Made by a program: the position numbers and the translations under genes. A DNA stretch of 64,000 nucleotides from a virus, in the IMG/VR virus record IMGVR_UViG_3300009124_000001; one strand, 5' to 3'. Positions 63,454 through 64,000 of this stretch are shown piece by piece; position 1 is the first letter of the stretch; each line of letters opens with the position of its first letter. Under the pieces are notes generated by a model. The model did not search any database, had not been told where the DNA came from, and worked only from the letters and a program-made list of their open reading frames with translations.

Positions 63454-63999
63454 TCAAAAATCAGTAATGTTGTCGAGCATCTCATTCAACTCATGACGAG
63501 CAAAATAGACGTAGAGTTGACCCCTAGCAGGGGGTTCAGAAGATTCAAAGATATTTATGATGTCCGTATACACGGCATCAGGAATGCAATCGAAATCAAT
63601 TAGTTTCCTATTGCGTTCATAGTTGACCAGGGTCTCGTTGTCACAGAAGTCTTCGGGAGATTGATCAACCCAGCGAGCAAGTTTGAGTTTGGAGATAGGA
63701 CGTTGCCTTTTCTCCGCCACAAACGTGTCATCATCAGACAGATAGTTGGGGATGCCATCACCTCGGTCGCCCTTAATGATGTGCTCCAACAGATACTGCT
63801 TTGGGTCTTCACATTGTACAAACTTCTTCTGGATTGGGTTGTACTGTGATACAAACTTATACTTTTGCAGTTGTTGGAAGTCCTTATCGCCAGATAAGAT
63901 TAGAACTTTCTGTGGGGGTTGCATGTTGTTTTGCAACCTGATGTTTCGGTATGCTTGATCTTTGACCAGAGATGCAATGACATCATCTGCTTCTGCACC
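63454..63999 (-). CDS. rnh: T4-type RNase H / 5'-3' exonuclease (3' part)
   Basis: GAEADDVIA at window edge; ILSGDKDF.QL; KGDRGDGIPN; RN..LID. Confidence 0.95.
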   Translation of the reverse strand, partial: GAEADDVIASLVKDQAYRNIRLQNNMQPPQKVLILSGDKDFQQLQKYKFVSQYNPIQKKFVQCEDPKQYLLEHIIKGDRGDGIPNYLSDDDTFVAEKRQRPISKLKLARWVDQSPEDFCDNETLVNYERNRKLIDFDCIPDAVYTDIINIFESSEPPARGQLYVYFARHELNEMLDNITDF

Positions 64000-64000
64000 A

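Overview
This 64 kb window is part of a T4-like cyanomyophage genome (Kyanoviridae-type, Synechococcus/Prochlorococcus host inferred from cp12, cpeT, phoH and thyX). Almost all genes lie on the minus strand; only gp48 and gp53 are on plus. In transcription order (right to left) it holds: a replication/nucleotide module (rnh, thyX, phoH, exonuclease, gp33, gp32); baseplate/tail genes (gp53, gp48, gp4, gp2, gp54, gp26, gp51, two paralogous tape-measure-like proteins with muralytic domains, gp27-like hub, gp5) with cp12 and cpeT inserted; tRNA-Thr and tRNA-Asn; a tail-fibre/adhesin block that runs straight into a flavin-dependent halogenase and six Fe/2OG oxygenases; a ~10 kb early island of small genes divided by a repeated palindrome-plus-(-10) promoter element; a non-coding stretch with divergent sigma70 promoters and clustered cyanobacterial DnaA boxes; then a 1435 aa virion protein, PAAR, gp25, gp6 and a partial gp7. 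The strongest leads are (1) a late operon coupling Gly-rich adhesins to a halogenase/oxygenase set, possibly a virion post-translational modification system; (2) an oriC-like DnaA-box cluster, with gp59 absent from its usual locus; (3) promoter cassettes fused to the ends of upstream genes, suggesting modular shuffling; (4) cassette-built lytic tape-measure paralogues. All product calls come from motif recognition by eye; no database searches were run.
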